This document shows, piece after piece, positions 43,143 through 53,273 of a stretch of 64,000 nucleotides of DNA. Every line of letters begins with the position of its first letter. Position 1 is the stretch's first letter. The stretch spans positions 1,792,001 through 1,856,000 of the forward strand of contig CAWAUV010000007.1 of NCBI GenBank assembly GCA_963785305.1, written 5' to 3'. Source of the DNA: an uncultured Planctomycetaceae bacterium (lineage in GTDB: Bacteria > Planctomycetota > Planctomycetia > Pirellulales > PALSA-1355). The position numbers and the translations under genes were made by a program. The notes beneath the pieces are model-generated. The model ran no database searches and was not told where the DNA came from. It was given only the letters and a program-made list of their open reading frames with translations.

Positions 43143-43886
43143 TCAGCCGATCGAAGATATCGTTGAAAAAGGGCGCGGCAGCGACAAGTCATTCTTCATT
43201 CGCGCCGCATAGAAGCCGGAGCAGCTTTCGCATATGCCGTGGCTCGTGTCCGGCGGTGACTTGGAAACCCAGTCGCGGACCCAGTCCCAGACTTCAGGTC
43301 GATCGTTGCGACGTGTTTTGCGGCAATAGCTGCATTGGTGCAAAATGCCGTCATGGTCGTAGTACAAATCCGGGTTGGTGGCCGGAGTCACGCGATTTTG
43401 ATGGTGCAGGCGATCAAGGCGGAGGGAATGCACGACAAGCAGTCCGGCGGCGAGCGCCAGTGGGTAGGCGACCATGTGGAACCATCGAAATCGTTCGGCC
43501 GACGAACACTCGTAGCAGTGTTCCCAAGGACGTTGTTCATCGAGGCTGCGCTGGAAACACCGCCGGTAAAAATTTCGCAAAGGTCCATTGATTCCCGACA
43601 ACAAGTCGCTTCCAAGATTCCAACGCGAGGAAATGTCAGGCTCTCCGCCGTTGACGGCCGCGAAGCCGAACCACCCGGGGCTGATATAAGAGATCGTAAA
43701 ATCAGGCCAAAGACCGTAGGCGCAGATAGCCCCTGAGTCCGTCAATCGCTCGCCAAACTCGCTGATCAATTCAGCGAATCGCGGATGACATGCTCCTTTG
43801 CTGGCGGTGTTGACCACTGTCCGAACCTTTTGTTTCGCCGACGATCCGCGTCCCACGAACATTACGTCGTCGCGAGCGGAACGCAA
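43143..43886 (-). CDS. Hypothetical PAS-like protein with C-terminal Zn-finger
   Basis: YECSS..FRWFHM; CSYCRK..W..SHGICESC; lower GC; start uncertain. Confidence 0.55.
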   Translation of the reverse strand: MRSARDDVMFVGRGSSAKQKVRTVVNTASKGACHPRFAELISEFGERLTDSGAICAYGLWPDFTISYISPGWFGFAAVNGGEPDISSRWNLGSDLLSGINGPLRNFYRRCFQRSLDEQRPWEHCYECSSAERFRWFHMVAYPLALAAGLLVVHSLRLDRLHHQNRVTPATNPDLYYDHDGILHQCSYCRKTRRNDRPEVWDWVRDWVSKSPPDTSHGICESCSGFYAARMKNDLSLPRPFSTISSIG

Positions 43887-44105
43887 CCGAGATCACCCCC
43901 CTTGCAAGCTATTATTGCATATTATCATATAGGGGGTCTCGATCAGGGCCAATCCTCGTGCTCCATCACGGCTGCAAGGGCGGATAATCCGGTTTGCGCG
44001 GGCGCCATGCCCATTGAGGGTTTCAATCGCGACACGCGGCCCTCGTGCCCAAGCGGAGGCGGCGGGCATGGCCCCCGAACCTCAAAATCATGCGTTGACA
44101 ACGCA

Positions 44106-45491
44106 TTAGTAGAGCAAGCCCATCCGCAGCAGTAGGGCGTCGCGCAGGCTGAAATCGGTGGTCGGGCCGCTAAACTGCACTTTGCGGTCGAGAATCGCCC
44201 CGCACTCGACGAACAAATTCAAAAATCCACGGGCCGCGTTGAAGCCGAGCGTCACGTCGTAATAGCTAAATTGTCCCCGCTCGACGACATTATTGTTCGT
44301 CGTGTCGATTTGATATGCGTCGATTTTGTATTCGCCGGCCCCGTAGATCCAGAAATCGAAATCGTAGCGCTTGCCCATGTAGTAACTGATGCGCAACTTG
44401 GGAAACAACAGGCGAAATTCCCAGTGGTCGTCGGGAGTCCAGATCAGCCCGGCGTAGGGAATCGGATAGACATGCAAACGGTCCCACAGGGCGAGTCCGG
44501 CGGCGAACTGCACCTGCGGCGCCGGGCGGTAGAAGAGCACGGCCCGGCCATCGATCATAAACGCGTCTTGGGTGAGCGTGCGGCGAAAGTCGCTGTTGAT
44601 TTGCGGCGTGAGTCCGATCTGCCAATTCCAAGGCTTCGTCGACACACTGGCGAGGCTCAGATCACTCATGAGCTGGGTGCCCATCGGCGGCAGTCCCGAA
44701 CCGCCCGGTTCTTTCCACCATTTGCCATTCACTTCGGGCGTCCAGGCGAAAATCACTCCCGGGTTGATCTGCTTGGCATAGCGAAATGTCGAGTTCCACT
44801 CGAACACGCGCATCGCGCCGGGAATGCCGACCGCTTCGCTCTCGGGCACATAGACCAGTTCGTCTTTGGAATACCAGCCGAATTTATAGGGTTGCACGCC
44901 CGCCATGCCATAGGCGAACTGCCAACCAAATGGATCGTAGTAGCCGGCCACGAGACGTTCTTGCTCGGCGTCGATCGGGCGTCCCTGGGGATCGAAATCG
45001 CTGAAATGGCCCGGCACGAACGCGGGAGGATCGTGGCCGAGCGCTCCGCCCGACCGGCTCCCGAGGCCGGGCCTTACCACCGACGAGCGCGGCACGCTCA
45101 TCACCGGGCCCGCCGGCAGCGGTGGCGGAGGCGGCAGAAAAGGGCCAGGCGGCTGCGAGCCATCGAGCGGTTCGCCGCCATAGGGGCCCACGGGGAGTCC
45201 TTGCCAACCCGAGCCGCCACTATCGCTTCCCACGGAAGGAAGCGGCGAGACGATCTCGGGCGACGGCGCGATGACAGCCGATCCAACAACCGGTCCGGCA
45301 ATGGGACCCGTCGTGGGTCCAACCGTGGCCGCGGGGCCGTAAGCGGGCATCTCGGCTTGCTGCGCGGCGGCCCAAGGCGCGAGGCAAGGCGCGAGGCCAC
45401 CGCACAAAAGCGCTCCCAGCGCGGCGCCGAGCCAGCGCAGCCGCCCACGGCGCGCGCGATCGCGACACGAATTGCTTGGAGCTTGCGACAC
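44106..45491 (-). CDS. Outer-membrane beta-barrel protein (DUF6268-like)
   Basis: Signal peptide, Pro-rich linker, PQINSDF, PIPYAGLIWTPDDHWEFRLLFPK, terminal aromatic residue. Confidence 0.65.
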   Translation of the reverse strand: MSQAPSNSCRDRARRGRLRWLGAALGALLCGGLAPCLAPWAAAQQAEMPAYGPAATVGPTTGPIAGPVVGSAVIAPSPEIVSPLPSVGSDSGGSGWQGLPVGPYGGEPLDGSQPPGPFLPPPPPLPAGPVMSVPRSSVVRPGLGSRSGGALGHDPPAFVPGHFSDFDPQGRPIDAEQERLVAGYYDPFGWQFAYGMAGVQPYKFGWYSKDELVYVPESEAVGIPGAMRVFEWNSTFRYAKQINPGVIFAWTPEVNGKWWKEPGGSGLPPMGTQLMSDLSLASVSTKPWNWQIGLTPQINSDFRRTLTQDAFMIDGRAVLFYRPAPQVQFAAGLALWDRLHVYPIPYAGLIWTPDDHWEFRLLFPKLRISYYMGKRYDFDFWIYGAGEYKIDAYQIDTTNNNVVERGQFSYYDVTLGFNAARGFLNLFVECGAILDRKVQFSGPTTDFSLRDALLLRMGLLY

Positions 45492-45869
45492 GTGACGGAA
45501 CTGCCTGTGCGAGACGAGATTGCCGAGTTTTTTCAGAATGGGGAAGCGACGAAAGATCGATGCGGAGCGCGCGCGGGGGCTCCGCGGGGGGAGATTGTCC
45601 GAAAAGCACGGTTTACGTCAATCTCGCTCACCATGTTTTTGGCCAGAAAATCCGTCGAACCGCATGCCGAAGCGGCGGAGTTCGTTTCCGAATAGGCAAA
45701 CTGCCGCCAAGCAAGCGGGGAACAGCCTGCTCGGGCGAGGCATTGGCCGATCGAGCTGTCACAAGTTACGATAGCAGCGTTCGCTGCTGCGATGGCGGTC
45801 GGCGTCGGCGCGGCGTCGGCGATCGATCCTATGGTTGCCATCCCGTTTCATCCCGCGAGTCGATTCGCC

Positions 45870-46242
45870 ATGACCCATGCTTCGGGCAGTTCTCCAACCG
45901 GTTCGATTCTCGCGCACCTGATGGAGGTGGTCGACGACCGCCGCAAATCGCGGCCGGAAAAGTCCTACACCACGCGGCTATTCGATGGCGGCCTGCCGGC
46001 CATTGGCGCCGAAAGTGCGCGAGGAGGCGGAAGAGGTGATCGAAGCCGCCGCCGAGACCGATTCCGCCGCGCACGCGCATCTAACCCATGAGGCCGCCGA
46101 TCTCATCTATCATTTGCTCGTGCTGCTGAGCTACCGCGAAGTGACGCTCGACGAAGTCGAGCAGGAGCTTGCCCGGCGGTTCGGCATTTCGGGCCTCGAT
46201 GAAAAAGCCGCGCGTCCGCGGCAGGCGGAATCGCAGGACTGA
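45870..46242 (+). CDS. hisE: Phosphoribosyl-ATP diphosphatase (frameshift near 46010)
   Basis: PEKSYTTRLF, KVREEAEEV, HEAADLIYHLLV. Confidence 0.9.
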
Positions 46243-46338
46243 CCGCCCGAAGCGCACGATGCCCGAGAGAGCTTCGCCCGTGGCCCCCGGCCGCGGCCAA
46301 AACACCGTTGTTTGAATGTTTATCCTTCGGAATCACGC

Positions 46339-47193
46339 ATGACCACGAACCTTCGCATCGGCATTCCCAGCAAGGGGCGACTCGCCGAGTTGGCCGCCGA
46401 TATCTTGAAAGCCGGCGGGCTCAATTTTCGCCGCCAAGAACGCAGCCTCTTTGCCCGCTGCCGAGAAGCGCCGATCGATATCACGTTTCTCCGGGCCGAT
46501 GATATTCCGATCCTCTGCGCCGAGGGCGCGATCGACCTGGGCGTGACGGGCGAGGACCTGATCGTCGAGAGCGGGGCCACGCTCCGCCGCCGGCTCGAAC
46601 TGGGCGTGGGCGATTGCCGGCTGTCGCTGTGCGTGCCGATCGATTCCGCATATCAATCGCCAGCCGATCTCGACGGCGCCCGGGTGGCCACCAGCTTTCC
46701 GAACATTACCCGCGCGTTTTTGGCCGAACACGAGGCCAAGGCCCACTTGGTGACATTGGCCGGCTCGGTGGAAGTGATGATCGCGCTGGGCGTGGCCAAC
46801 GCGATCGTCGATCTGGTCGAAACCGGCAGCACGCTGGTGGCCAATCGGCTGCGAATTCTCAACGACATCAACCGCTATCAAACCGTGCTCGTGCAGAACA
46901 ACGAGCAGCGACACGCCGAACTGGCCGACCGCGTGACCCGGCGGATCGAGGGCGTGGTCATTGCCCGGAGCTACTCGCTCCTGGAATACAATGTGCCGCG
47001 AGCCAAGCTCGGCGAAGCCGAGAAAGTGACACCCGGATTTAATTCGCCCACCGTGAGTTCGCTCGAGGATCCCGATTGGTGCGCGGTGCGGGTGATGGTC
47101 AAACGCTCGCTGATTATCGAAACGCTCGAACGCCTCGAGGCCCTTGGCGCCTCGGCGATTTTGGAGACGCAGATCGTGAATTGCCGGCTCTAG
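46339..47193 (+). CDS. hisG: ATP phosphoribosyltransferase (long form)
   Basis: IPSKGRL, RADDIP, ATSFP, GSVE, DLVETGSTL, TPGFNSPT. Confidence 0.96.
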   Translation: MTTNLRIGIPSKGRLAELAADILKAGGLNFRRQERSLFARCREAPIDITFLRADDIPILCAEGAIDLGVTGEDLIVESGATLRRRLELGVGDCRLSLCVPIDSAYQSPADLDGARVATSFPNITRAFLAEHEAKAHLVTLAGSVEVMIALGVANAIVDLVETGSTLVANRLRILNDINRYQTVLVQNNEQRHAELADRVTRRIEGVVIARSYSLLEYNVPRAKLGEAEKVTPGFNSPTVSSLEDPDWCAVRVMVKRSLIIETLERLEALGASAILETQIVNCRL

Positions 47194-47878
47194 CAGCCTG
47201 TTGGACCGGCCGCGCCGCCGCATGGACGCGGCTCGGCGCTTGGCGAGGCTGCTAGTTCACGCCAACCTGGGGGCGCCGGGCTCGCGGGGCGCCGGAGTGT
47301 CCGACTATTCCCGTCGTGCGGGTCGCTCAATGCGATTGCGCTGTTTGCAAAGCGTCGTTCCCGGTGCTTTTCAAGCCCAACGACCCAAAAGAAGACCGGG
47401 GGAATCGGCTAATCTTTGGGTAAAATATTTTGCAACCGTTGAAATCGCGCAAGCGCCAGTGTACTCTAAAAACTAACCGACAGGTTTCTCCTGTCTTACC
47501 TGACTTGGACGAACGCCAAAGTTCGGCCAAAGGTTCAGGTCCGCCGCGAGGGAACAGAAGAATCGAATAAGCAGGCCAGTCCGCGGCAGGCTGCTGTTCG
47601 AGGCGACAGCAATCACGGGCGGCGCATTTGGCGCCGGCGGTTATCAACGGCGCTTCACGCCGGCGGCGGATTCGCGAGGATCCCATCCGTTGGGCGTTTG
47701 GATCGTCGACGGCGTTTGCTCGCGCGCATTCCAAGACGAGCGGCGTTCCTGTTTCCCCCTTTCTCGATTGATCCGACCGATCGACGCGTGATGGCGTCGG
47801 AACCCCGCAACCTTCTCGCGCGTCGAAAGATTGTCGTTTGGCGGAATTTCACTCCCTCCCTAGGGGCCCTCAAGGCAC

Positions 47879-50800
47879 ATGACCATGCAGCGCAAAAGTC
47901 AACCCAAGCGTCGAACCAACGGACTTGCTCGTCGCTTGAATTTCTCGAGCCACGGCAATCTCAATCTCGAGCAATTGGAAGATCGCTCCCTGCTGTCGGC
48001 CGCGCCGTTGCAAAATCCCGCGAACCATGACGACGTGAACGGCGATGGCAAGCTGACGCCGATGGACGCGCTGGCGGAAATCCAATACATCAACAGCCGG
48101 AGCGAGCTCTCGTCGAGCGTGTCGACGAGCACGTCAACGAGCGCCACGCCGCTCACGGCGTTTGCCGCCTCGAGCTCCGCTTCGTCGAGCTCGTCGGCCG
48201 TCTATCCCAATGTGCTCGGCGGAAGCACGGTCGGACCGGTCGACGCCCTGGCCGTGATTCAAGCGCTCAATGTCCAACCGGCCGCCTCGAACAACGATGT
48301 GGTGCAGATTTCGCTCGAAGCCCAAGACGCCAGCGGCAATGTGATCACGAGCATCAACGCCGGCCAAACCTTCTATCTCGCCGCCTACGCAACCGATCTC
48401 GAAAGCGGTTCCGCGCAGGAGGGCGTGTTTTCCGCCTACCTAGACGCCGCCGTTACCTCCGGCGCCGCGACGCTCGGAACCACCTTTACCTACGGCGGCG
48501 CGGAACTCAATAACGGCAAAAGAGGTAGCGTGGTAAACAATGCCGTGGTTGGCGCCGGCGCGTTCAATCCATCGGGCAGCTTTCCGACCGCCGATCCGGC
48601 CACGCCGCAACTCGTTTGGACCTTGCCCGTCACGGCCACGACCGGCGGCACGCTCACGATCACCCCGAGCGCCTCGACCCTCGCGGGCTTCGACACGGAA
48701 GTCTACAACCCCGCGGTAACCACGCCGCTGCCCGACAATGAAATCGAATATACGCCGGCGTCGATCAATGTGCTCACCGAGCCCTCGGTCAGCGTGGCCT
48801 CGGCCAGCGTGGCGAACAGTTCCAGCTCGAGTGAAACGCTCGACTTTCCCGTGACGCTCAGCGCGGCCAGCACGGCGGACACCGTGATCACGTATTACAC
48901 CACCGACGGATCCGGCACGAGCGGGGCTGTCTCCGGCACGGACTACACCGGCGTGGCGAGCGGATCGCCGCAAACCGTCACGATTCCCGCCGGCTCGACG
49001 ACCGTGAACATTCCGATCACGGTGCTGCCCGCCGCCGCGGTGGGTGAAACCAACAAGACCTTCACCATCACCCTGGTCGGCGTGACCAACTCGGCCACCG
49101 GCGCCACGCTCGGCACATCGACCGCCACCGGCACGATCATCAATACCGACTTCCCCAATGTGTCGATCACGCCCGACGCCGCGAATCCGACCAGCGTCAC
49201 GCCGTCGACCTCGGGCACGGGCACGTATCTGTTCGATGTCACGCTGAGCCAAGCCAGCCAGCAAACCGTCACGGTGAACTACGCAACGTCAAACGGAACC
49301 GGCGTGGCCGGAACCGACTACACCACCGAAAACGGCACGCTCACATTCGCCCCGGGACAGACCACGCAACAGGTCTCGATCCCGATCTTGAACAACCCGA
49401 ACAACACGACCTCGACCTTCACGGTCACGTTGTCGAACCCGACGGATGTCAATATCTCGACCGCCACGGCCACCGGCACGATCGACGACCTGCCGGAAGT
49501 GACGGTCGCCGATGTCGAACAAACGGCCCCGTCGGTGGGCGCCTCGACGATGACCTTCACCGCCACGCTCTCGCAGACCGCGACCCAGAACCTGACGATC
49601 GACTATCAAACCGTCGACGGCACCGCTCTGGCCGGCACGGAATACACCACCGCCAGCGGCAGCGTGACCATCGCGGTCGGATCGAACACCGCCACGTTCA
49701 CGGTGCCGATCTCGACCCAAACGATCTACGAAGGCTCGACCCAATTCACGGTCGACCTCAGCTTGCCGGTTGGCGAGACGGGCGTCGTGTTGAGCTCGAC
49801 GCCGATCACCGGCACGATCGATCCCTCGATCGTCGAGCCCACGGTTTCGATCGCGACCAGTCCCTATACCGATCCCACGAGCGGAGTCGGCTCGTATCCG
49901 TTCACGGTCACGCTCTCGGCCGTCAGCGGCGTGGCCACCACATTCAACTATTTCACATCCGATGGCACCGCCAAGGCCGGAACCGACTACACGGCCGTGA
50001 CCAATGGCACGGCCACGATTGCCGCGGGCCAGACCTCCACGACGATCAATATCCCGGTCACGGCCTACGATATCAACGAGGCGAGCAAGACCTTCACCGT
50101 GACGATCGACAATCTGACGAACGCCACGGCCGGCGCGAGCCTCACGGCCCAAGGCACGATCGTCAACAACGTGCCCGCCCCGTCGATCTCGATCGCCAAT
50201 GTGAATTACACCGATGTAACGAGTGGCGTCGGTGAATTGCCGATCGTGATTTCGCTGTCGGCCATCAGCGGTCAGAATATCAGCTTCGACTACACCACGG
50301 CCGATGGCACGGCCACCGCGCCGACCAACTACACCACGACCGCCGGCTCGGCCACGATCACCGCCGGCCAGCAATCGATCACGATCGATGTGCCGGTCAC
50401 GGCCGAGCAGTATTACACGCCGTCGTCGAATTTTACCTTCACGATCTCGAACGCGACGAATGTCACCGGCTCGAACTCGGTCACGGCGACCGCCACGATC
50501 AACAGTTCCGCCGCGGAACCGAGCGTGTCGGTGGCCAACTATTCCTCGGCCGTGTCGAGCAGCAGCTCGACCACCTTCCCGTTCACGGTCACGCTCTCGG
50601 CGCCGAGCAGCGTGGCCACGACCGTCAACTACGCCACGGCCGATGGCACGGCCACGGCTGGCGTCGACTATGTGGCCGCCAGCGGCACGCTCACGATTGC
50701 CGCCGGCCAAACGACCGGCGTGATCGACGTGACGGTGAATCCCGAGACCATCACCTCGAATCGTGCCTTCACGCTCACGCTCTCCAGCCCGACCAACGCC

Positions 50801-51829
50801 ACGCTGGGCGCGAACAGTGTCGCCACCGGCACGCTGCTGGCCTACTTGCCATCGAGCATCAGCGGCTTCGTGTTCCTCGATGTGAGCAACAACCAAACGA
50901 TGCGGACGAACTCGGTCGTGCTGCCCAATGTGGCGATCACGCTCACCGGCACGAGCAGCGTGACGAACGCGGCCGTGAGCATGAGCACCACCACCAGTTC
51001 GACCGGCGCTTATAGCTTCACCAATCTGCAGCCGGGTCAGTACGTGATCACCGAGACTCCGGTCTCGAGCTATATCGGCGCCGAAGCCATCGCCAACGGA
51101 ACCGGAGTGACGGTCGCCGCGACCAACCAGCTTGCCTTTAATGTGTCCGGCCTGGGTGGCATCAACGACACGAACGACGACTTCGCCTATCTCGGCCAGG
51201 CGCCGGGCTCGATCTCGCAGCGCGGCTACCTTTCGAATCCCACGTCGAATACCGTCGCCGCGGGCGTGGTCACGCCGTCGAGCGCGTTTGCCGCCGCCAG
51301 CGGATCGAGCGCTGGCCTCGACGCCAGCCTCGCCAGCCATGTCACCCTGAGCGGCTCGACGCTCACCGTGACCGGCACGGGTGGCGACGATTCATTCAGC
51401 TTCACCGCCGGCTCGACCACCGACACGATCACTTTCGACGGAGCCCAGTTCTCCTACAGCGCGGCCCAGCTCAAGGCGGTCGATTTCATCGGCACGGGCC
51501 TCGCCGCCGCCACGCTCACCGGCCTGGGCAACGATTCGGCCAATGTCGGACTCGGCTCCGGCACGCTCACCGGCGCCGGCTACACGGTGACGGTCAGCAA
51601 TGTGAATGCCCTGTCGGTCAACGCCGGCGGATCGGGCGGCGTGGCCACGATGCAAAACTCGGCCGCCGTCGATCACCTCTTCGCCTCGGGCAATCTTGCC
51701 TCGCTCTCCGACTCCAGCGGCAGGTCGCTCTCGGTCAACGGCTTTTCGAGCGTGACCGACAATTCGACGGCCGACGGATCGCTCACGAAGAACATCGCGG
51801 CGATCGACTTCGCGCTCAAGACGCTATAA
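47879..51829 (+). CDS. Large secreted adhesin-like protein (dockerin, Calx-beta repeats, SdrD-B-like domain)
   Basis: LEQLEDRSLL N-terminal motif, DVNGDGKLTPMDAL, repeated Y-x-T-x-DGTA-x-AG-x-DY, ISGFVFLD..GAYSFTNLQPGQY. Confidence 0.88.
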   Translation: MTMQRKSQPKRRTNGLARRLNFSSHGNLNLEQLEDRSLLSAAPLQNPANHDDVNGDGKLTPMDALAEIQYINSRSELSSSVSTSTSTSATPLTAFAASSSASSSSSAVYPNVLGGSTVGPVDALAVIQALNVQPAASNNDVVQISLEAQDASGNVITSINAGQTFYLAAYATDLESGSAQEGVFSAYLDAAVTSGAATLGTTFTYGGAELNNGKRGSVVNNAVVGAGAFNPSGSFPTADPATPQLVWTLPVTATTGGTLTITPSASTLAGFDTEVYNPAVTTPLPDNEIEYTPASINVLTEPSVSVASASVANSSSSSETLDFPVTLSAASTADTVITYYTTDGSGTSGAVSGTDYTGVASGSPQTVTIPAGSTTVNIPITVLPAAAVGETNKTFTITLVGVTNSATGATLGTSTATGTIINTDFPNVSITPDAANPTSVTPSTSGTGTYLFDVTLSQASQQTVTVNYATSNGTGVAGTDYTTENGTLTFAPGQTTQQVSIPILNNPNNTTSTFTVTLSNPTDVNISTATATGTIDDLPEVTVADVEQTAPSVGASTMTFTATLSQTATQNLTIDYQTVDGTALAGTEYTTASGSVTIAVGSNTATFTVPISTQTIYEGSTQFTVDLSLPVGETGVVLSSTPITGTIDPSIVEPTVSIATSPYTDPTSGVGSYPFTVTLSAVSGVATTFNYFTSDGTAKAGTDYTAVTNGTATIAAGQTSTTINIPVTAYDINEASKTFTVTIDNLTNATAGASLTAQGTIVNNVPAPSISIANVNYTDVTSGVGELPIVISLSAISGQNISFDYTTADGTATAPTNYTTTAGSATITAGQQSITIDVPVTAEQYYTPSSNFTFTISNATNVTGSNSVTATATINSSAAEPSVSVANYSSAVSSSSSTTFPFTVTLSAPSSVATTVNYATADGTATAGVDYVAASGTLTIAAGQTTGVIDVTVNPETITSNRAFTLTLSSPTNATLGANSVATGTLLAYLPSSISGFVFLDVSNNQTMRTNSVVLPNVAITLTGTSSVTNAAVSMSTTTSSTGAYSFTNLQPGQYVITETPVSSYIGAEAIANGTGVTVAATNQLAFNVSGLGGINDTNDDFAYLGQAPGSISQRGYLSNPTSNTVAAGVVTPSSAFAAASGSSAGLDASLASHVTLSGSTLTVTGTGGDDSFSFTAGSTTDTITFDGAQFSYSAAQLKAVDFIGTGLAAATLTGLGNDSANVGLGSGTLTGAGYTVTVSNVNALSVNAGGSGGVATMQNSAAVDHLFASGNLASLSDSSGRSLSVNGFSSVTDNSTADGSLTKNIAAIDFALKTL

Positions 51830-51858
51830 CAGCCTGTTGAATATTTCAAAAGGCTGGT
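51827..51858. repeat. CTGTTGAATATTTCA palindromic family copy between convergent genes
   Basis: CAGCCTGTTGAATATTTCAAAAGGCTG. Confidence 0.75.
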
Positions 51859-51921
51859 AACCGACCGGCGCGACTTCAATTGCCCGCGGCGCGGTGGCGA
51901 AGGCGTCACGCGCCGCGGGTC

Positions 51922-52941
51922 TCAGAACGTGCTCGAATCGATCGGCAGCAAGTCGGCCCGATTGCACAGCCTCCGATGGGTCTCGGGGCTGATCGCATAG
52001 TTGATCGAGCGCACCGAGCCATCGCAGAAGGCCATGGAAAACGCCGCCAAGTGCGCGCTGCCGAAGCACCAATAATCGTTCACGCCGGGCGTGTCGGGCA
52101 GAGGAGGCGTGTAGACGAAGTTCGTCGTCGCGGTCGACACTCCGGTTTGCTTGCCGGCGGTGCGAAAGGTGTCCCAGTTGAGACCCGTGTACATGCTTTC
52201 GTTGTCGCCCAGATCGTTGCCGGTTTCGTAGAGCTCGGGCTGCAAATATTTTTCGCCGAGCAGATACGTATTGCTGAGCCCGTCGCGCACGGTCGCGGCC
52301 GAAAGCGCGGTGTGTTGCAAGCAAACCCCGGAGTTGGGCGGCATGCCGACCCAGAAACTGGCGGTCTGCCCCTGCGTATAGCTGCCGGGCTGGGTCCACT
52401 GGGTCGCGTCGACCATGTTGTTGTCGCCGCCATTGCCGACATAGTCGCTCTTGGCGCCGGTGTTGGCGCTGCAATTATTGCAGCCGCCGGCCGGCCGGAT
52501 TTTGGAGATTCTCCGCGTGGGGCAATTGAAAATCGGCAGCGGGGTTTCGACGACCGCGGTCGTGGCGTTGATTTGGCTACTGCTCCCGCTGGCTTGCCCG
52601 GCGCCCAGTTGATAGAGCGCGCCCTGATCGATATAAGGCAACACGCTGAACCACCATCCGCCGGGCTGCTCGACTCCGGAGCCGAGATTCGGATCGCCGG
52701 CCCAGGCAAAGCCCCAACCGCCCGAAGGGAAATAAGCGAGCGCCGACTCGTGTTGCAAGATGCCGAGGCCGAGTTGCTTGAGATTGTTTTGGCATGCCGC
52801 GCGGCGCGACGATTCGCGCGCCACCTGCACGGCCGGCAGCAAGAGCGCCACGAGGATACCGATGATCGTGATCACGACCAGCAGTTCGACGAGCGTGAAA
52901 GCGCCGCGATCGCGTTGAAGCCGATCATTGCTGGCAGCCAT
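51922..52941 (-). CDS. DUF1559 prepilin-type protein
   Basis: AFTLVELLVVITIIGILVALLLPAVQ, CQNNLKQ, DGLSNTYLLGEK, FGSAH..AFCDGSV. Confidence 0.95.
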   Translation of the reverse strand: MAASNDRLQRDRGAFTLVELLVVITIIGILVALLLPAVQVARESSRRAACQNNLKQLGLGILQHESALAYFPSGGWGFAWAGDPNLGSGVEQPGGWWFSVLPYIDQGALYQLGAGQASGSSSQINATTAVVETPLPIFNCPTRRISKIRPAGGCNNCSANTGAKSDYVGNGGDNNMVDATQWTQPGSYTQGQTASFWVGMPPNSGVCLQHTALSAATVRDGLSNTYLLGEKYLQPELYETGNDLGDNESMYTGLNWDTFRTAGKQTGVSTATTNFVYTPPLPDTPGVNDYWCFGSAHLAAFSMAFCDGSVRSINYAISPETHRRLCNRADLLPIDSSTF

Positions 52942-53273
52942 GTGACCGTTCCCGCCGAGACCCTCGCGAAGGACTCGACATGCCAAGGTCGGCCCAGCGG
53001 ATGCGAGCAACTCCGCGCGAAGTGAATGGGCGACTCGTGAAATTATAGGGAGCCGGCGCCCAAACCACAAATTCGAACCTTGCATGTTCGATCCGCGACG
53101 CCCCGGGACCCGCGCGGCGCGAGGCCGGACTACGGCTTCCCGCAGGGCCGCGCCGCGAACAATGCCGCGGGCCTCGAACGGCGAGAGCCTCGGCCGGAAC
53201 GCGCCGGCCGAGGCTCTGAAGCCATCGGTTTCAATTGCTCGGTCGACTCGCCTAGCTGCGAAATCCGAGTCGC

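Noticed and set aside
43944..43954. CAGGGCCAATC matching one ISAs1 end
   Set aside because: Only 11 nt, with no partner IR or transposase nearby
45680..45800. Possible c-di-GMP-I riboswitch (GGCAAAC) upstream of hisE
   Set aside because: The GNRA hairpin and GCAAAG elements do not follow in the required arrangement
2035..46242. prmC, hisE and other frameshifted genes as true pseudogenes
   Set aside because: Both halves are conserved and indels are window-wide; sequencing error is more parsimonious
47260..47878. Structured RNA in the long adhesin leader
   Set aside because: Only generic GC hairpins; no family recognised without a covariance search
36896..51340. Long alternative-frame and antisense ORFs (e.g. 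36896-38635, 37599-39476, 44271-45695, 49289-51340)
   Set aside because: Shadows of real genes caused by high GC and scarce stop codons
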